64,000 nt of DNA from positions 1-64,000 of the IMG/VR virus record IMGVR_UViG_3300009164_003518, one strand, 5' to 3'. Shown piece by piece: positions 18,711 through 28,363 of this stretch (the first letter of the stretch is position 1; each line of letters begins with the position of its first letter). Position numbers and translations under genes: made by a program. The DNA is from an uncultured virus (IMG/VR IMGVR_UViG_3300009164_003518) (taxonomy: Duplodnaviria > Heunggongvirae > Uroviricota > Caudoviricetes). Below the pieces are notes generated by a model that was given only the letters and a program-made list of their open reading frames with translations, had not been told where the DNA came from and did not search any database.

Positions 18711-18904
18711 TGATGTCCTCTGTGAATTAATTGATTAACCATGTTGAGATCAAACTCCAACTTAGAGATTCGATCTCGTGCCTGTTGATATTCTTCACTG
18801 TGAACATCGCCGTTGTTTACCACAATATCTAAATACATCTCTGCGGCACGGTCGTGTGCTGTTTTAATATCGTGTTCTAATAATACTCTTCTATCTTTTA
18901 ACAT
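18707..18904 (-). CDS. Small hypothetical protein between nrdA and nrdB
   Basis: AGGA RBS; ATGA overlap with nrdB. Confidence 0.6.
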   Translation of the reverse strand: MLKDRRVLLEHDIKTAHDRAAEMYLDIVVNNGDVHSEEYQQARDRISKLEFDLNMVNQLIHRGHQ

Positions 18905-18913
18905 GTCAATTCC

Positions 18914-21271
18914 TTATAGTTTACAACTTTCGCAGTCCTCTTCGAATAGGTCTAATTCGCTAATAACGCCATTACGACCGTTAAGAGAGTGCCCATTAAC
19001 ATATGACTCAGCAATAGCATCTACTAAAACTTTGCTACCTGCTTTGTTAATTAAACTATAGTAAAACGTTTTCAATCCCCAGTAGTGACTTTGCATCAAG
19101 TTCTTAGCAATCAACGTAGTTGGTACTTTACGATCTGGAAAATGTGCAGGATTATAGAATGTATTAGTTGAAATACTTTGATCAACGTAGGCAGCAATAA
19201 CTGCGGCTGTTTTTAAATAGCCGTCGCAGTTTTTTTGTTCCCACATTAGTTGATACTTGTTCTTCAATTTGTGATACTCAGGAACAACTTGTGTAAATGA
19301 TCCTGCTTTGCTTTCTTTTGTACTAATCAAGCTCATAGGCATTTCAATACCATTAGTACTGTTGATAACAACACTACTTGATTCAACTGGAGCAACTGCC
19401 ATTTGTGTAGCATTACGAACACCATGTTCTTTCATGTTAACACGCAAGGTTTCCCAATCAAGTTCTGGAGTAAAGTCTGCAAGCTCATTAACACCTGTAG
19501 CACGTAGTTCCCAGGGAAAGGTGCCTTGACCATATCGTGTACGATCACTGCCTTCACAACGGCCGCGTTCTTTAGCCAGTTCAACCGATGCCTCAGTTAG
19601 GTAGTAGGATTGATGTTCCATCCATGTTTTAACTTCAGCTAAAGAGTCTTGCTCTCCATACTTAAGACTTCGCTTGGCATGCCAGTAAGCAAGATTAGTG
19701 ATACCAATTCCCAATGGGCGGATTTCATCATTGCTTAACTTCGACTGAATTGATAAGAAATCTTGATAGTCCAGTATATTATTGAGGCTTCTATGTAAAA
19801 TGCGACAAGCCCTGCGCATATCTTCAGGATTACGGAAGGCTCCCCAATTAATGGAACCAAGAGTGCATAAAGCGATGCGGCCATCAGCATCATCGAGACG
19901 CTTAAAAGACTTAGTAGGTAATAATATTTCACAGCATAGGTTACTCTGGTAAATTGTATGATACTCAGGATCAAATGGTCCTTGTTTCATCACGTTGTCA
20001 ATAAACACAAGATAGATACGTCCTGTGTCAGTGCGCTCTTTTAGTATGCCACTTTTGAATACTTCTTCAGCACTCATAGTCTTAGTACGCAGGCCCGGAG
20101 TACGTTCGTACTTTACATACAGCTCTTCAAAACGAGCCGTGTTTTGATAGAAGGCTTCGTACAAGTCAGGTACTTCGTTGGGATCAAAGAATGTTATTTG
20201 TTCTTTGTTTTTAAATCGTCTCCAGAAGAAAGCACTAAGCACAACCCCATAATCCATATGACGGACTCGGGTTTCTTCTGTTCCTTGGTTGTTCTTAAGC
20301 ACAATAAGATCATCAAACTGGTGATGCCAAATAGGATAAAATACAGTAGCACTTGCATTACGAATACCTCCTTGTGAACATGATCGTAAATCTCCGAACC
20401 ATTTCTTTAAGAAAGGTATCATACCAGTATGCATGATTTCGCCACCTCTGATGGGACTACCCAGGGGACGTAGTCTGCCAATCTCTAAACCAATGCCCGC
20501 ACGTTTACTGGCATACTTGGCCATCATTTCACCAGAAGCGAAAATACTATCCAAGTCATCATCACTGCGAATAAGTACGCACGAACTGAATTGCTTAGTA
20601 GGGGTACCGAGACCAGCAAGGACAGGGGTAGCAAGAGTAAATAATCCATCAGATGCTGCATTGTAGTATTCCTTTATATATTTCATTCGAGCACTGTTAG
20701 GCTCTTCTTTGTGAAATACTGTTGCGGCAGCGATCATATATCTAATCTGAGGAGTCTCGTATGTTTGTTTAGTACTACGGTTTTTAACTAAGTATTTCTC
20801 TATTAATTGTTCAATAGCGGCATAACCATACTGCTCATCTTTGCTATGATCCAGCATGTCATTCATCTTGTTCCAGTCTTCTTCACCATACCATTCCAGT
20901 AGCTCTGCTGTGTATAAGCCAGTGGCCACATTGGTCTTTACAATCTCGTAAAGGTGAGGAGGTTCGTAACTGCCATAAACATCCTTACGCAACATTGATA
21001 CTCGTTGCTTGCCTGCTACGTATTGATAGTTAACATGCCCAACATCTGGATTTGATTCTACGTCGATCAAATCAACGATTGCTCGCAGTGTAATTTCGTC
21101 AATTTCTTTAGTTGTAATACCGTCATAAAAATGAGGCTGACTTTTAATTTCAATCATTGACTGACTAACATCTGCTATACTACTACATACTTTTGCAATT
21201 TGTGTTTGCCATTTTTCAATTGTCAGCGTTTCTTTTGCTCCGCTTCTCTTAATTACAGTTATGTTAGTCAT
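18914..21271 (-). CDS. nrdA: Ribonucleotide reductase class Ia alpha subunit
   Basis: ATP cone (VIKRSG), QFSSCVLI, QSNLCCEI, KTFYY, C-terminal CESCKL. Confidence 0.98.
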   Translation of the reverse strand: MTNITVIKRSGAKETLTIEKWQTQIAKVCSSIADVSQSMIEIKSQPHFYDGITTKEIDEITLRAIVDLIDVESNPDVGHVNYQYVAGKQRVSMLRKDVYGSYEPPHLYEIVKTNVATGLYTAELLEWYGEEDWNKMNDMLDHSKDEQYGYAAIEQLIEKYLVKNRSTKQTYETPQIRYMIAAATVFHKEEPNSARMKYIKEYYNAASDGLFTLATPVLAGLGTPTKQFSSCVLIRSDDDLDSIFASGEMMAKYASKRAGIGLEIGRLRPLGSPIRGGEIMHTGMIPFLKKWFGDLRSCSQGGIRNASATVFYPIWHHQFDDLIVLKNNQGTEETRVRHMDYGVVLSAFFWRRFKNKEQITFFDPNEVPDLYEAFYQNTARFEELYVKYERTPGLRTKTMSAEEVFKSGILKERTDTGRIYLVFIDNVMKQGPFDPEYHTIYQSNLCCEILLPTKSFKRLDDADGRIALCTLGSINWGAFRNPEDMRRACRILHRSLNNILDYQDFLSIQSKLSNDEIRPLGIGITNLAYWHAKRSLKYGEQDSLAEVKTWMEHQSYYLTEASVELAKERGRCEGSDRTRYGQGTFPWELRATGVNELADFTPELDWETLRVNMKEHGVRNATQMAVAPVESSSVVINSTNGIEMPMSLISTKESKAGSFTQVVPEYHKLKNKYQLMWEQKNCDGYLKTAAVIAAYVDQSISTNTFYNPAHFPDRKVPTTLIAKNLMQSHYWGLKTFYYSLINKAGSKVLVDAIAESYVNGHSLNGRNGVISELDLFEEDCESCKL

Positions 21272-21334
21272 ATTTTATTCTCAGTGTCTTTCTTACTGCT
21301 CATGCAGTACAATATTTTTAATTTAGAAAACTAT

Positions 21335-21769
21335 TTAGTGAAGAGGTGGCATCACATATATCTTTAAATTGGATAGCGTTTTTGGTAGGGTTTTAGCGGG
21401 AATCCAGCCGGTTTCGTCGAAGCCGTAGACCTTATCATTTATGTATAACAAATAATACACTGTTTTATTGATTATGTCAATAGATATTTTTATCAAAGGT
21501 TTAGCGTTTTCAAAGTGCGTAGTTAATTGTAGAGTGTAACAGATTGCCAGTATAATATTGAATTGACAATATTCATTTTCATCTATGAGTTCCCACGGTG
21601 TGGGCCAACGACTTTGATCATATGGATCGGTATAAACTTTTACGTGGGGTAATTTTTTAAAATATAAATGAACATCATCCAATGGAGTAGATGATGTTTC
21701 GAGTTGTTGCCTAAATGCAAACCAATCTGCAAGACGCTGTGCTGTTTTTTGCTCGATTGGTTTGAACAT
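21335..21769 (-). CDS. Hypothetical protein
   Basis: DPYDQSRWPTPWELI; coupled to the upstream gene. Confidence 0.6.
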   Translation of the reverse strand: MFKPIEQKTAQRLADWFAFRQQLETSSTPLDDVHLYFKKLPHVKVYTDPYDQSRWPTPWELIDENEYCQFNIILAICYTLQLTTHFENAKPLIKISIDIINKTVYYLLYINDKVYGFDETGWIPAKTLPKTLSNLKIYVMPPLH

Positions 21770-23712
21770 TAACTAAGTGCAGAGTAGGCATAGGTGAATG
21801 TGCTGGTATTGTCACCTGTGTTGGCATTGGTATAATAAATTACTATTGATTTAATACTTGAACTTGTAACTAAGGATGCTTGTAATAATAAATTACTGTC
21901 TTCACCATCTGCACCTACATACTCATACTCGTCAACAAGTTGAACATTGTTATTAGTTTTGTCAACTGCAATATGTAACGTGCCTTTTTTCATCTGTGTG
22001 TATTCAGTACTTTGAAAAACATAGTCAATTTTAAAACCAGACGATGTGTTCAACGGAAAGCGTACAAGTATTGCAGGGGAGGTAGTTGGCAATAATGTAA
22101 TTGTATTTGTTTTAGTTTCCTGAAATAATACATGACCTTCAACTTCGGGTAAGTATGCTTCTGATAGATTATGTGTTGCTAAATCATTAATTACATTACC
22201 TTGGTCGGCTCGGTCAAAGCTGTCTTGGCTTGAGCTGTTGCCTGCTGACAAGAATGAAATTTGTGCGTACACATTATTGCTGTTACCGCCAAAGTTGTTA
22301 CCTACGTTGACAAATGTATTCCCGATAGATCGATTGCCATAGCCTGTTTCAACAATAATACCCTGTTGACAAACTTTGTCAAATAAGCTGTTTGAAATGA
22401 TATTCTTTCTTGGGCCATAATCTGTAGAGCCTTCGCCAAATCCAATACCTTTGTATAGCGTTTTAAAAATACAGCCTTCAAACTGATTGTTAATAATATC
22501 GGTATTAGAGTATATTGCGTAAGTAAATCCTTCTGCTTGAAATCCAGTAAACTTATTACGTTCGCAAGTAACCAACGAGCTCTTAGCAGTCATTTCCAAT
22601 GCCACGCTGTTGTCGATAGGGGTACCAGGACTCCAAGGAGCAGCGTCTGGAAGTAAGTCAGGAGTCCATGGACCCAGAGCTTTAATATTAATAAATTCGC
22701 TATCCTTAACATTTTTAAAGTCGAATGCTCTTACAGAAGTTAAGTTAGTTGCAACTGAAAAATCCTTAAACAAAATATTCTTAGGTTGATTATTAGCAGT
22801 AGTGGACCCATCAGTTCCTTTTGTTACTTTAGTAGATGTGTCATTAATAAATGTAAATGCTGATACAGTGTTGAATACTGGATATGTTGCCGAAGTTGAC
22901 GACAATGTAAATGTTAAATCGTTAGCAGGAGTACTGCCACCTAATGCGTTTCCTAAGATTTTAATTGTATCACCAACCGCATACCCGCTGCCGCTGTGTA
23001 CTATAGAAAAATTCATAGATGCGGCTGCATAAGAAGTGCCTGTGCCAGTTTTAGTAACTGTGATAATTGCTCCGGAACCCGAGCCTGTAAGTGTTGTTGT
23101 AGCACAATTAGTATATGTACCTGCGGTTGTTACACTGGTACCTGCTCGAGTTAAAGTAGTTTCCGTATTGATACCACCTTTGATAAAATTAAACACAGTT
23201 TTGCCAATGCCACTGCCCACTAATCGAACATTGCTTGGAATGTACAATGTGCCAGTAATCTTATATGTACCAGGGTCGAATTCCAATGCAACTTTATTAG
23301 CAACTGGGGTAGTGTTTGCGTATAAATTCCAGATTGCGTTTTGTATTAGTGCAGTTTGATCAGCATCTGCGTCGAGCCCGCTAACTCCAAAACTGCCTGC
23401 GTTAACTGCGCCTTCATCAAGTCTCTCTTGCAAAGTGCGCTCTATAATATTACCGTTAAGCCCTGTTAAGATTGAAGTATCATTAGGTTTATATTGATAC
23501 TGTTCTAACAAGTCAAGAATGTTATCGTGCTCTGTAAGCACTTTGGTATTTCCAACAGCTGGGGAGCCTTCCGATACAGCACCATTCCCAATGTAAAGTT
23601 CTTGGGTGTCGATTGCCCAAGCTAATTCGCCGCTGGCAAGTTGAGGAAGCCCAGTCCCTTCATTCTTTTTTCCGCGTCTTAGCTGTATGCGACTTATCTG
23701 TACTACGGCCAT
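21769..23712 (-). CDS. Tail fibre/spike protein with an Mtd_N-like N-terminus and a pectate-lyase-like beta-helix
   Basis: MAVVQISRIQLRRG..LPQLASGELAW..ELYIGNG; FDPGTYKITGTLYIPSNVRLVGSG; N.F repeats. Confidence 0.75.
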   Translation of the reverse strand: MAVVQISRIQLRRGKKNEGTGLPQLASGELAWAIDTQELYIGNGAVSEGSPAVGNTKVLTEHDNILDLLEQYQYKPNDTSILTGLNGNIIERTLQERLDEGAVNAGSFGVSGLDADADQTALIQNAIWNLYANTTPVANKVALEFDPGTYKITGTLYIPSNVRLVGSGIGKTVFNFIKGGINTETTLTRAGTSVTTAGTYTNCATTTLTGSGSGAIITVTKTGTGTSYAAASMNFSIVHSGSGYAVGDTIKILGNALGGSTPANDLTFTLSSTSATYPVFNTVSAFTFINDTSTKVTKGTDGSTTANNQPKNILFKDFSVATNLTSVRAFDFKNVKDSEFINIKALGPWTPDLLPDAAPWSPGTPIDNSVALEMTAKSSLVTCERNKFTGFQAEGFTYAIYSNTDIINNQFEGCIFKTLYKGIGFGEGSTDYGPRKNIISNSLFDKVCQQGIIVETGYGNRSIGNTFVNVGNNFGGNSNNVYAQISFLSAGNSSSQDSFDRADQGNVINDLATHNLSEAYLPEVEGHVLFQETKTNTITLLPTTSPAILVRFPLNTSSGFKIDYVFQSTEYTQMKKGTLHIAVDKTNNNVQLVDEYEYVGADGEDSNLLLQASLVTSSSIKSIVIYYTNANTGDNTSTFTYAYSALS

Positions 23713-23734
23713 AAATATCCCCTATATTGGATAT

Positions 23735-24427
23735 TTATCCGTTTTCTTTGTAGTACTGATCTACTCTATTACACCACTGTTCTGTCCAGTAGTCAAAGTC
23801 TTTGGGTTCAAGTATAAATTCCTGATACTGGAAATCTTTACTACACATTAGAATAACTCCTTTGCGTATGTTTGTACCGTAGACTTCGTTGTGCGCCAGT
23901 GCATAGGCTGTAAGCTGTAGAAAATAGTCTCCAATCCACTCAAGTTTTTTAGGTTTATTTGTTTGTTTATAATCTAAAATACTTTGATCGCCTTCATGCA
24001 CTCCTACACAGTCAGTAGTACCCGCATATAGTTCCGGAAAGTATAACGGAACTTCGTTACCCCATACTTCGTTTACTCTATTGGTCATGCCCTGATCGAC
24101 AATGATCTTAGCCATAGCATGACTTTGCTGGCTGAAGGGATTAGTACCTGGGTCAGTTAAGAAACCTTGAGTAACATAGTCTTCAAGATATTTGTGCATA
24201 CGTGTTCCGCGATTGGCGGCTTCGGTTACAATCTCTTGAGCTTTAACTTCTCCTACGCTTTTTTTCCAACGTGCAAGTGCTTCACGTGCCTCTGCAGGCT
24301 TAGTTTTATCAAGTACTGTGGTAACAGAAGGAACTCGATGTCCTTCTGGTGTAGAGTATAATCTACGTCCGTTTACTTGTTGTCTTTCTACTGGTTTATA
24401 TTGGTAACGTTCTATTAATAATGTCAT
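23735..24427 (-). CDS. PD-(D/E)xK exonuclease (Cas4/Exo5-like)
   Basis: PSVTTVL, RGTRMH, YAGTTDC..ILDYKQ..QLTAYA. Confidence 0.9.
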   Translation of the reverse strand: MTLLIERYQYKPVERQQVNGRRLYSTPEGHRVPSVTTVLDKTKPAEAREALARWKKSVGEVKAQEIVTEAANRGTRMHKYLEDYVTQGFLTDPGTNPFSQQSHAMAKIIVDQGMTNRVNEVWGNEVPLYFPELYAGTTDCVGVHEGDQSILDYKQTNKPKKLEWIGDYFLQLTAYALAHNEVYGTNIRKGVILMCSKDFQYQEFILEPKDFDYWTEQWCNRVDQYYKENG

Positions 24428-24432
24428 AGTAC

Positions 24433-24461
24433 ATTATATAGCATTACCACAGTAAGGTCAA
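24433..24461 (-). promoter_or_regulatory. sigma70 promoter
   Basis: TTGACC-17-TATAAT. Confidence 0.8.
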
Positions 24462-24796
24462 CCTAATTTTTTTGCGGCTGCTCGTTTTGCTGAAGTATTA
24501 ACAGCGTTTTTGGCTTTTTGCTTATCACCAACTGTGCCGGGTTCTTGTTTCTTAGCTTTAGTTTTGATAGTTATACCATTTTCGTCAAAGTTATCAACAA
24601 TATTTTTTAACTCGGGAGTGGAATCAAATTGAGCCTTAAAGGCATCATAGTCAACATCTTGACCTGTTACATTCTGCATCATTTTGGAAACTGCTGGCCA
24701 GGCGAACTGTGCTGTTACGCCCTTGCTATCGGCCCTGCTTTGTAAGTTAGTAAGGATGCGGATAATCATATCCGCATCTTCATTTACTTTTTTTTT
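24458..24796 (-). CDS. -1 frameshift extension of the 305 aa protein (includes track ORF 24458..24769)
   Basis: Open from the A9 run: KKVNEDADMIIRILTNLQ..; the internal ATG is buried in a hairpin. Confidence 0.7.
   Translation of the reverse strand, partial: KKKVNEDADMIIRILTNLQSRADSKGVTAQFAWPAVSKMMQNVTGQDVDYDAFKAQFDSTPELKNIVDNFDENGITIKTKAKKQEPGTVGDKQKAKNAVNTSAKRAAAKKLG
24755..24796 (-). promoter_or_regulatory. Programmed -1 frameshift signal (A AAA AAG plus 10 bp hairpin)
   Basis: TCA AAA AAA AAG TAA, 8 nt spacer, then GATGCGGATA-TGAT-TATCCGCATC. Confidence 0.75.
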
Positions 24797-25701
24797 GAAC
24801 TAAGGATAGTGCCTAATCTACGGCTGTATTCAATACTTTCACGTTTTGCTCGGCCTGCTGCTTCTTCGCCGCCTGTTGCTGGTTCGCTTGCTGCAAATGC
24901 ATCGCCTGCGCCTGTGTCTGGCTCGCCCATTGTTGAAGGCATCTCTCCGCCTAAGTCTGACATAGGAGCAGCGCCACCCGCACCCATTGGTGCTTCTTCG
25001 CCTGTTAGGATACTAACTGCCTGAGCCAACGTTGTACGATGGCTTTCTAAACTTGTATATAATTCTTCTAATGCTGGTTTAACTTTATCGCTAAATTGTT
25101 GGCTGATATCGCTACCTAATTCGTCTCTTATAGAGTCAACTAATTCTAACATTGATTCTGCTTTCATGCCGGACACATCTTCGAGCCAGCCTGTAATACG
25201 GTCGACCATATCACGAGCACTCATAATTAGAGCTGCTTTTTCTTCTTCGCCTTCTGTTAATGTACGCTCACTTAGTACGCCACGTAACACTTCTAATGCC
25301 TCTTCGATACTTTCTTTCTTTGCCATCTTAGTTGCTGTGACGTCTTTAACTTTCTCAGCATCTTTGCCAAACTTCTTTTTAAATGTACCGTCCGCTGCAT
25401 CCATGCCTTTCTTAAACTTGGCCTTCTTGCTCTTCTCAGCTTCTGAAAGAGTACGCTCTTTAATTTCTTGGCGAACAACACCGAGCATAGCTCTGTGCTT
25501 TTGATATTCGTTGTTTTCTAAAACACTGTCAAAACTATTAGTTTTTTCAAATGTTCCAAGTTTTTCTGAAAGTTGTAGTTGTACTTGGGAAAGTTGTGCA
25601 TCGCTGAACTTGTTAAGTGTCAAGCGATAACCAAACTTATTGGCTAAACTTTCGTTAAGTGTATCACTGCTGATTTTATTCGATAATTCTCTGATTTGCA
25701 T
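24784..25701 (-). CDS. Probable head scaffold/internal protein
   Basis: MQIRELS..; many L/I-x-E sites; helical, with an acidic Gly/Ala tail; TAAATA at 25730-25735. Confidence 0.55.
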   Translation of the reverse strand: MQIRELSNKISSDTLNESLANKFGYRLTLNKFSDAQLSQVQLQLSEKLGTFEKTNSFDSVLENNEYQKHRAMLGVVRQEIKERTLSEAEKSKKAKFKKGMDAADGTFKKKFGKDAEKVKDVTATKMAKKESIEEALEVLRGVLSERTLTEGEEEKAALIMSARDMVDRITGWLEDVSGMKAESMLELVDSIRDELGSDISQQFSDKVKPALEELYTSLESHRTTLAQAVSILTGEEAPMGAGGAAPMSDLGGEMPSTMGEPDTGAGDAFAASEPATGGEEAAGRAKRESIEYSRRLGTILSSKKK

Positions 25702-25737
25702 GTTAGCATCCTAAAAGACTTGTTATTGTTATTTATG

Positions 25738-26175
25738 TCAAAACATAGATTTAAACTTAGCGGCAATTTTTGTTTTAGCTTGTCTTGCTCGGGAGTCTGT
25801 GAGTTCCCAGCGCCACAAGGCAAGGTCGCGTCTGTCTAAATCTTTAACTGTAATGTATCTATGTTTAAAAATAGTAGCATCTGTTGCGTTCTGCTGATAA
25901 CTACTATCTAATTGTTTTATTTCATTGTAGGCTGTTAATTTATTAATACTAAAATATTTAGCTGCCATTAATGCGCAGGCCTTAAGGTTAAACTTATCAA
26001 CTAAGTAACCTCCAATCCTGAGTAAATTCCAGGTTCCTTGGTTATTTCGCTTAATTCTAAATCCAGCGTAAACCAAACTACCATCATTTAGCAATGCCAC
26101 TGGTAATTCTTTCTTAAATTCTTCTTCAAGAAAGTTCTCTAATTTTTCCGCTTGTTTTTTAAAATTCATTGGCAA
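25738..26175 (-). CDS. Hypothetical protein
   Basis: Fits the operon. Confidence 0.6.
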   Translation of the reverse strand: MPMNFKKQAEKLENFLEEEFKKELPVALLNDGSLVYAGFRIKRNNQGTWNLLRIGGYLVDKFNLKACALMAAKYFSINKLTAYNEIKQLDSSYQQNATDATIFKHRYITVKDLDRRDLALWRWELTDSRARQAKTKIAAKFKSMF

Positions 26176-26359
26176 TTACCTTAGGATTACTGTCTCCTAT
26201 CTTAATTACCAAACTTTTGCGTATGAGGCCTTCGATTATGAATTGATCATGCTCGTTAAAACTATTTAGGTAAGACACAGATTCAAGACGCCTAAGCATG
26301 GCATCTTCTTCTCGTGTAGTCCAAATTACAAAATTGCCAATTAACTCGTTAATTTTCAT
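26159..26359 (-). CDS. Small hypothetical protein (MKINEL N-terminus)
   Basis: ATGA overlap; LIRKSLV motif. Confidence 0.6.
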   Translation of the reverse strand: MKINELIGNFVIWTTREEDAMLRRLESVSYLNSFNEHDQFIIEGLIRKSLVIKIGDSNPKVIANEF

Positions 26360-27180
26360 AATCCTGCCATCTTACGTATATGGGAAATATCTTCTACCGG
26401 TGAAGCTGATACTGCTACGTCTTTGCCTACAAAGTTAGGCTTAACGTCTGCACCGCCTGGACCACCTTGCCCTGGCATTTGTAATTGTAATTTGCCAGTT
26501 TCATCTTGCGAAATTTTTGGTGCGTTAGGATTGGTTTTATCAATCTGTGTTTGAACACCGGTTGTTGGATTTTGCAGGACGGTCTGCTTGTCATCATCCT
26601 TGGCTACTTTTAGCATGCCGCTTTCTTCGTCCACTGTGTCATCTGCCTTGCCAAAAGGATGCACTTCTGCCCACTGTGTGCCTTGCTTCTGTACCCATTT
26701 ACCAGGTTTAAACTTACTGCGAATAATGCCGTGTAACTTCAATGCTTGCTCTGGGGTATCTCTAAATCCTTGGGCGCGAGCTTCACGCTCAACTTGATTA
26801 GAAACCATTTTCTTTTTAAGTCTGCCATCGGCATAAATGTAAAGTAAATTAGATTCGTCACTCATGTCTCTTTCACGTCGACCAAACCCTGTTTCGCTGG
26901 ATTGTTTATCTCTGTCATATGCAGATGCACTGCCTTGACTGCGATATAGTGCTTCTTGTTCAGTGCTTTCGCGTTCCATACGATCGTTATAGTCGTTGGC
27001 CATTTGTTCTTTCTTGTCTAAATAATTTTGATATCTCTGTTGATCACGCTCAGTTGCATCTGGTGCGTCTGCTTTGGCCTTTAGATAGGTAGCATGTGAT
27101 TGATCTAATGATCGACGGTGTTGTGCAGCCACACTGTTTGGATTATATGCTTCCGCTGGTTTAATTTGATTTACTTTCAT
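26356..27180 (-). CDS. Probable capsid-internal protein
   Basis: Hydrophilic; C-terminus HIRKMAGL. Confidence 0.5.
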   Translation of the reverse strand: MKVNQIKPAEAYNPNSVAAQHRRSLDQSHATYLKAKADAPDATERDQQRYQNYLDKKEQMANDYNDRMERESTEQEALYRSQGSASAYDRDKQSSETGFGRRERDMSDESNLLYIYADGRLKKKMVSNQVEREARAQGFRDTPEQALKLHGIIRSKFKPGKWVQKQGTQWAEVHPFGKADDTVDEESGMLKVAKDDDKQTVLQNPTTGVQTQIDKTNPNAPKISQDETGKLQLQMPGQGGPGGADVKPNFVGKDVAVSASPVEDISHIRKMAGL

Positions 27181-27893
27181 TTGTGTTCTCCAAGGCTCAG
27201 TGCCTTATCTTGTAATTTATATAAGTGCTGTTGTAATTGTCCAATAAAGCCTTTAGCACGTAACACTTTAAATGCTACATTCTCTACACTGAACTCACCA
27301 CCTTGTTCTAATCCTGACTGACGCAATTTTTTAATTTCTTGTTGCACTTCTTTAGCTTCTTCAAAACTATCAGTAGTAAGTGCCTGCATTATTTTATTTA
27401 AGTAATTCTCAACTTTTGCAGTAACGTCGCTGTCGCTGATTTTAATAGTGCTCATAGTTGGTTCACTAAGCCACTTGTTGTCAAGTATACTGTAGACTCC
27501 AAGACTGTGATGCTCTTGACTATCTGGTTGTACATATAACTCTACGTCAATGCCTTTGATTTTAATATCGTGTATATGATTATACTGATTTTTCTTTGCA
27601 TCGTAAAGCGGTTTGAGTAATAGCTCTCGTTCAGCGGGTACTGTAACTATTAAGTGTAAATCTAAATCGCTTTGTGGAGTGTAGGAATATGCTGCGTTGG
27701 ATCCTGATATTGTAACATCTTTGAGCAATAGTTCAGGGATATCTATGAATTCGATAAAATGTTTTGCTATTTGTAATAGCTTATATCTTATCTGGGGATG
27801 TAGTATACTACCTTGCCATAAGAGAGGATTCAGTTCTTTATGAAATTGAACAGCTGAGTCGACTATGCCTTCTGTGAATTCTCTTATATACAT
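27177..27893 (-). CDS. Nucleotidyltransferase (Pol-beta superfamily)
   Basis: SGSNAAYSY..SDLDLHL..VELYVQ..GEFSVENVAFKVLR; MYIREF N-terminus. Confidence 0.8.
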   Translation of the reverse strand: MYIREFTEGIVDSAVQFHKELNPLLWQGSILHPQIRYKLLQIAKHFIEFIDIPELLLKDVTISGSNAAYSYTPQSDLDLHLIVTVPAERELLLKPLYDAKKNQYNHIHDIKIKGIDVELYVQPDSQEHHSLGVYSILDNKWLSEPTMSTIKISDSDVTAKVENYLNKIMQALTTDSFEEAKEVQQEIKKLRQSGLEQGGEFSVENVAFKVLRAKGFIGQLQQHLYKLQDKALSLGEHK

Positions 27894-27912
27894 CGTGCAT
27901 TATTTAACAGAA

Positions 27913-28260
27913 TTATAAGCCGAGGAACTTTAATACATGTGGGAAGTTAATAGCGTTGATCCAGCCTGCGCCTGCGGCAAACGCTAAACCTGCCATAGCA
28001 TACAGTGTGACTTTGTTTTTGATTTTTTCTAAACCGTTGATCTTTTCAAAGATCTCGTCGTGTTGCTTGTTGCTGGCATCTGCCATCTCACACAGTTTCT
28101 TGTCCAGCAAGTCACGGGTGTTGTCCAAACAATCGTGCATGTCTTTGACGTCTGCCTTGAGTTCGTCAAGTTTACTTTCTATTTGGTGTACTTTGGTTTC
28201 AACTACCGCTACACGCTCTGGTAACGTAGCCAATTGTGCTACTGCTTCTTTTGTGGCCAT
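27913..28260 (-). CDS. Coiled-coil protein with a C-terminal TM helix (XhlA/holin-like)
   Basis: ERVAVVETKV.. heptads and a C-terminal hydrophobic helix; GGAG RBS before MATKE. Confidence 0.55.
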   Translation of the reverse strand: MATKEAVAQLATLPERVAVVETKVHQIESKLDELKADVKDMHDCLDNTRDLLDKKLCEMADASNKQHDEIFEKINGLEKIKNKVTLYAMAGLAFAAGAGWINAINFPHVLKFLGL

Positions 28261-28363
28261 AATTAGGCATTCTCCAATGTTATAAGTCAGGGGTTCGCTC
28301 AGAACCATGTGCCTACTGTATGATTGAAATGCCTAATGTGTAAAATGCCTACTGTTATATTTA
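28261..28363 (-). promoter_or_regulatory. Structured 5' leader with three UAGGCA repeats
   Basis: Repeats at 28310, 28330 and 28346 are complementary to AAUGCCUA between the SD and the AUG; GGUUC/GAACC hairpin. Confidence 0.6.

Noticed and set aside
18707..21271. Possible intein, intron or homing endonuclease in nrdAB
   Set aside because: NrdA (785 aa) and NrdB (366 aa) are normal length and uninterrupted. The 65 aa spacer ORF has no nuclease motif.
5208..21271. Bacterial chromosome origin for the housekeeping genes
   Set aside because: The normal partners (dnaJ, grpE, iscS, hscAB, clpA) are absent. The genes are interleaved with PAAR and phage hypotheticals and share TAAATA boxes.
23735..24427. 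Cas4 as evidence of a CRISPR system
   Set aside because: It is a solo PD-(D/E)xK exonuclease without the four-Cys pattern, with no array or other cas genes.
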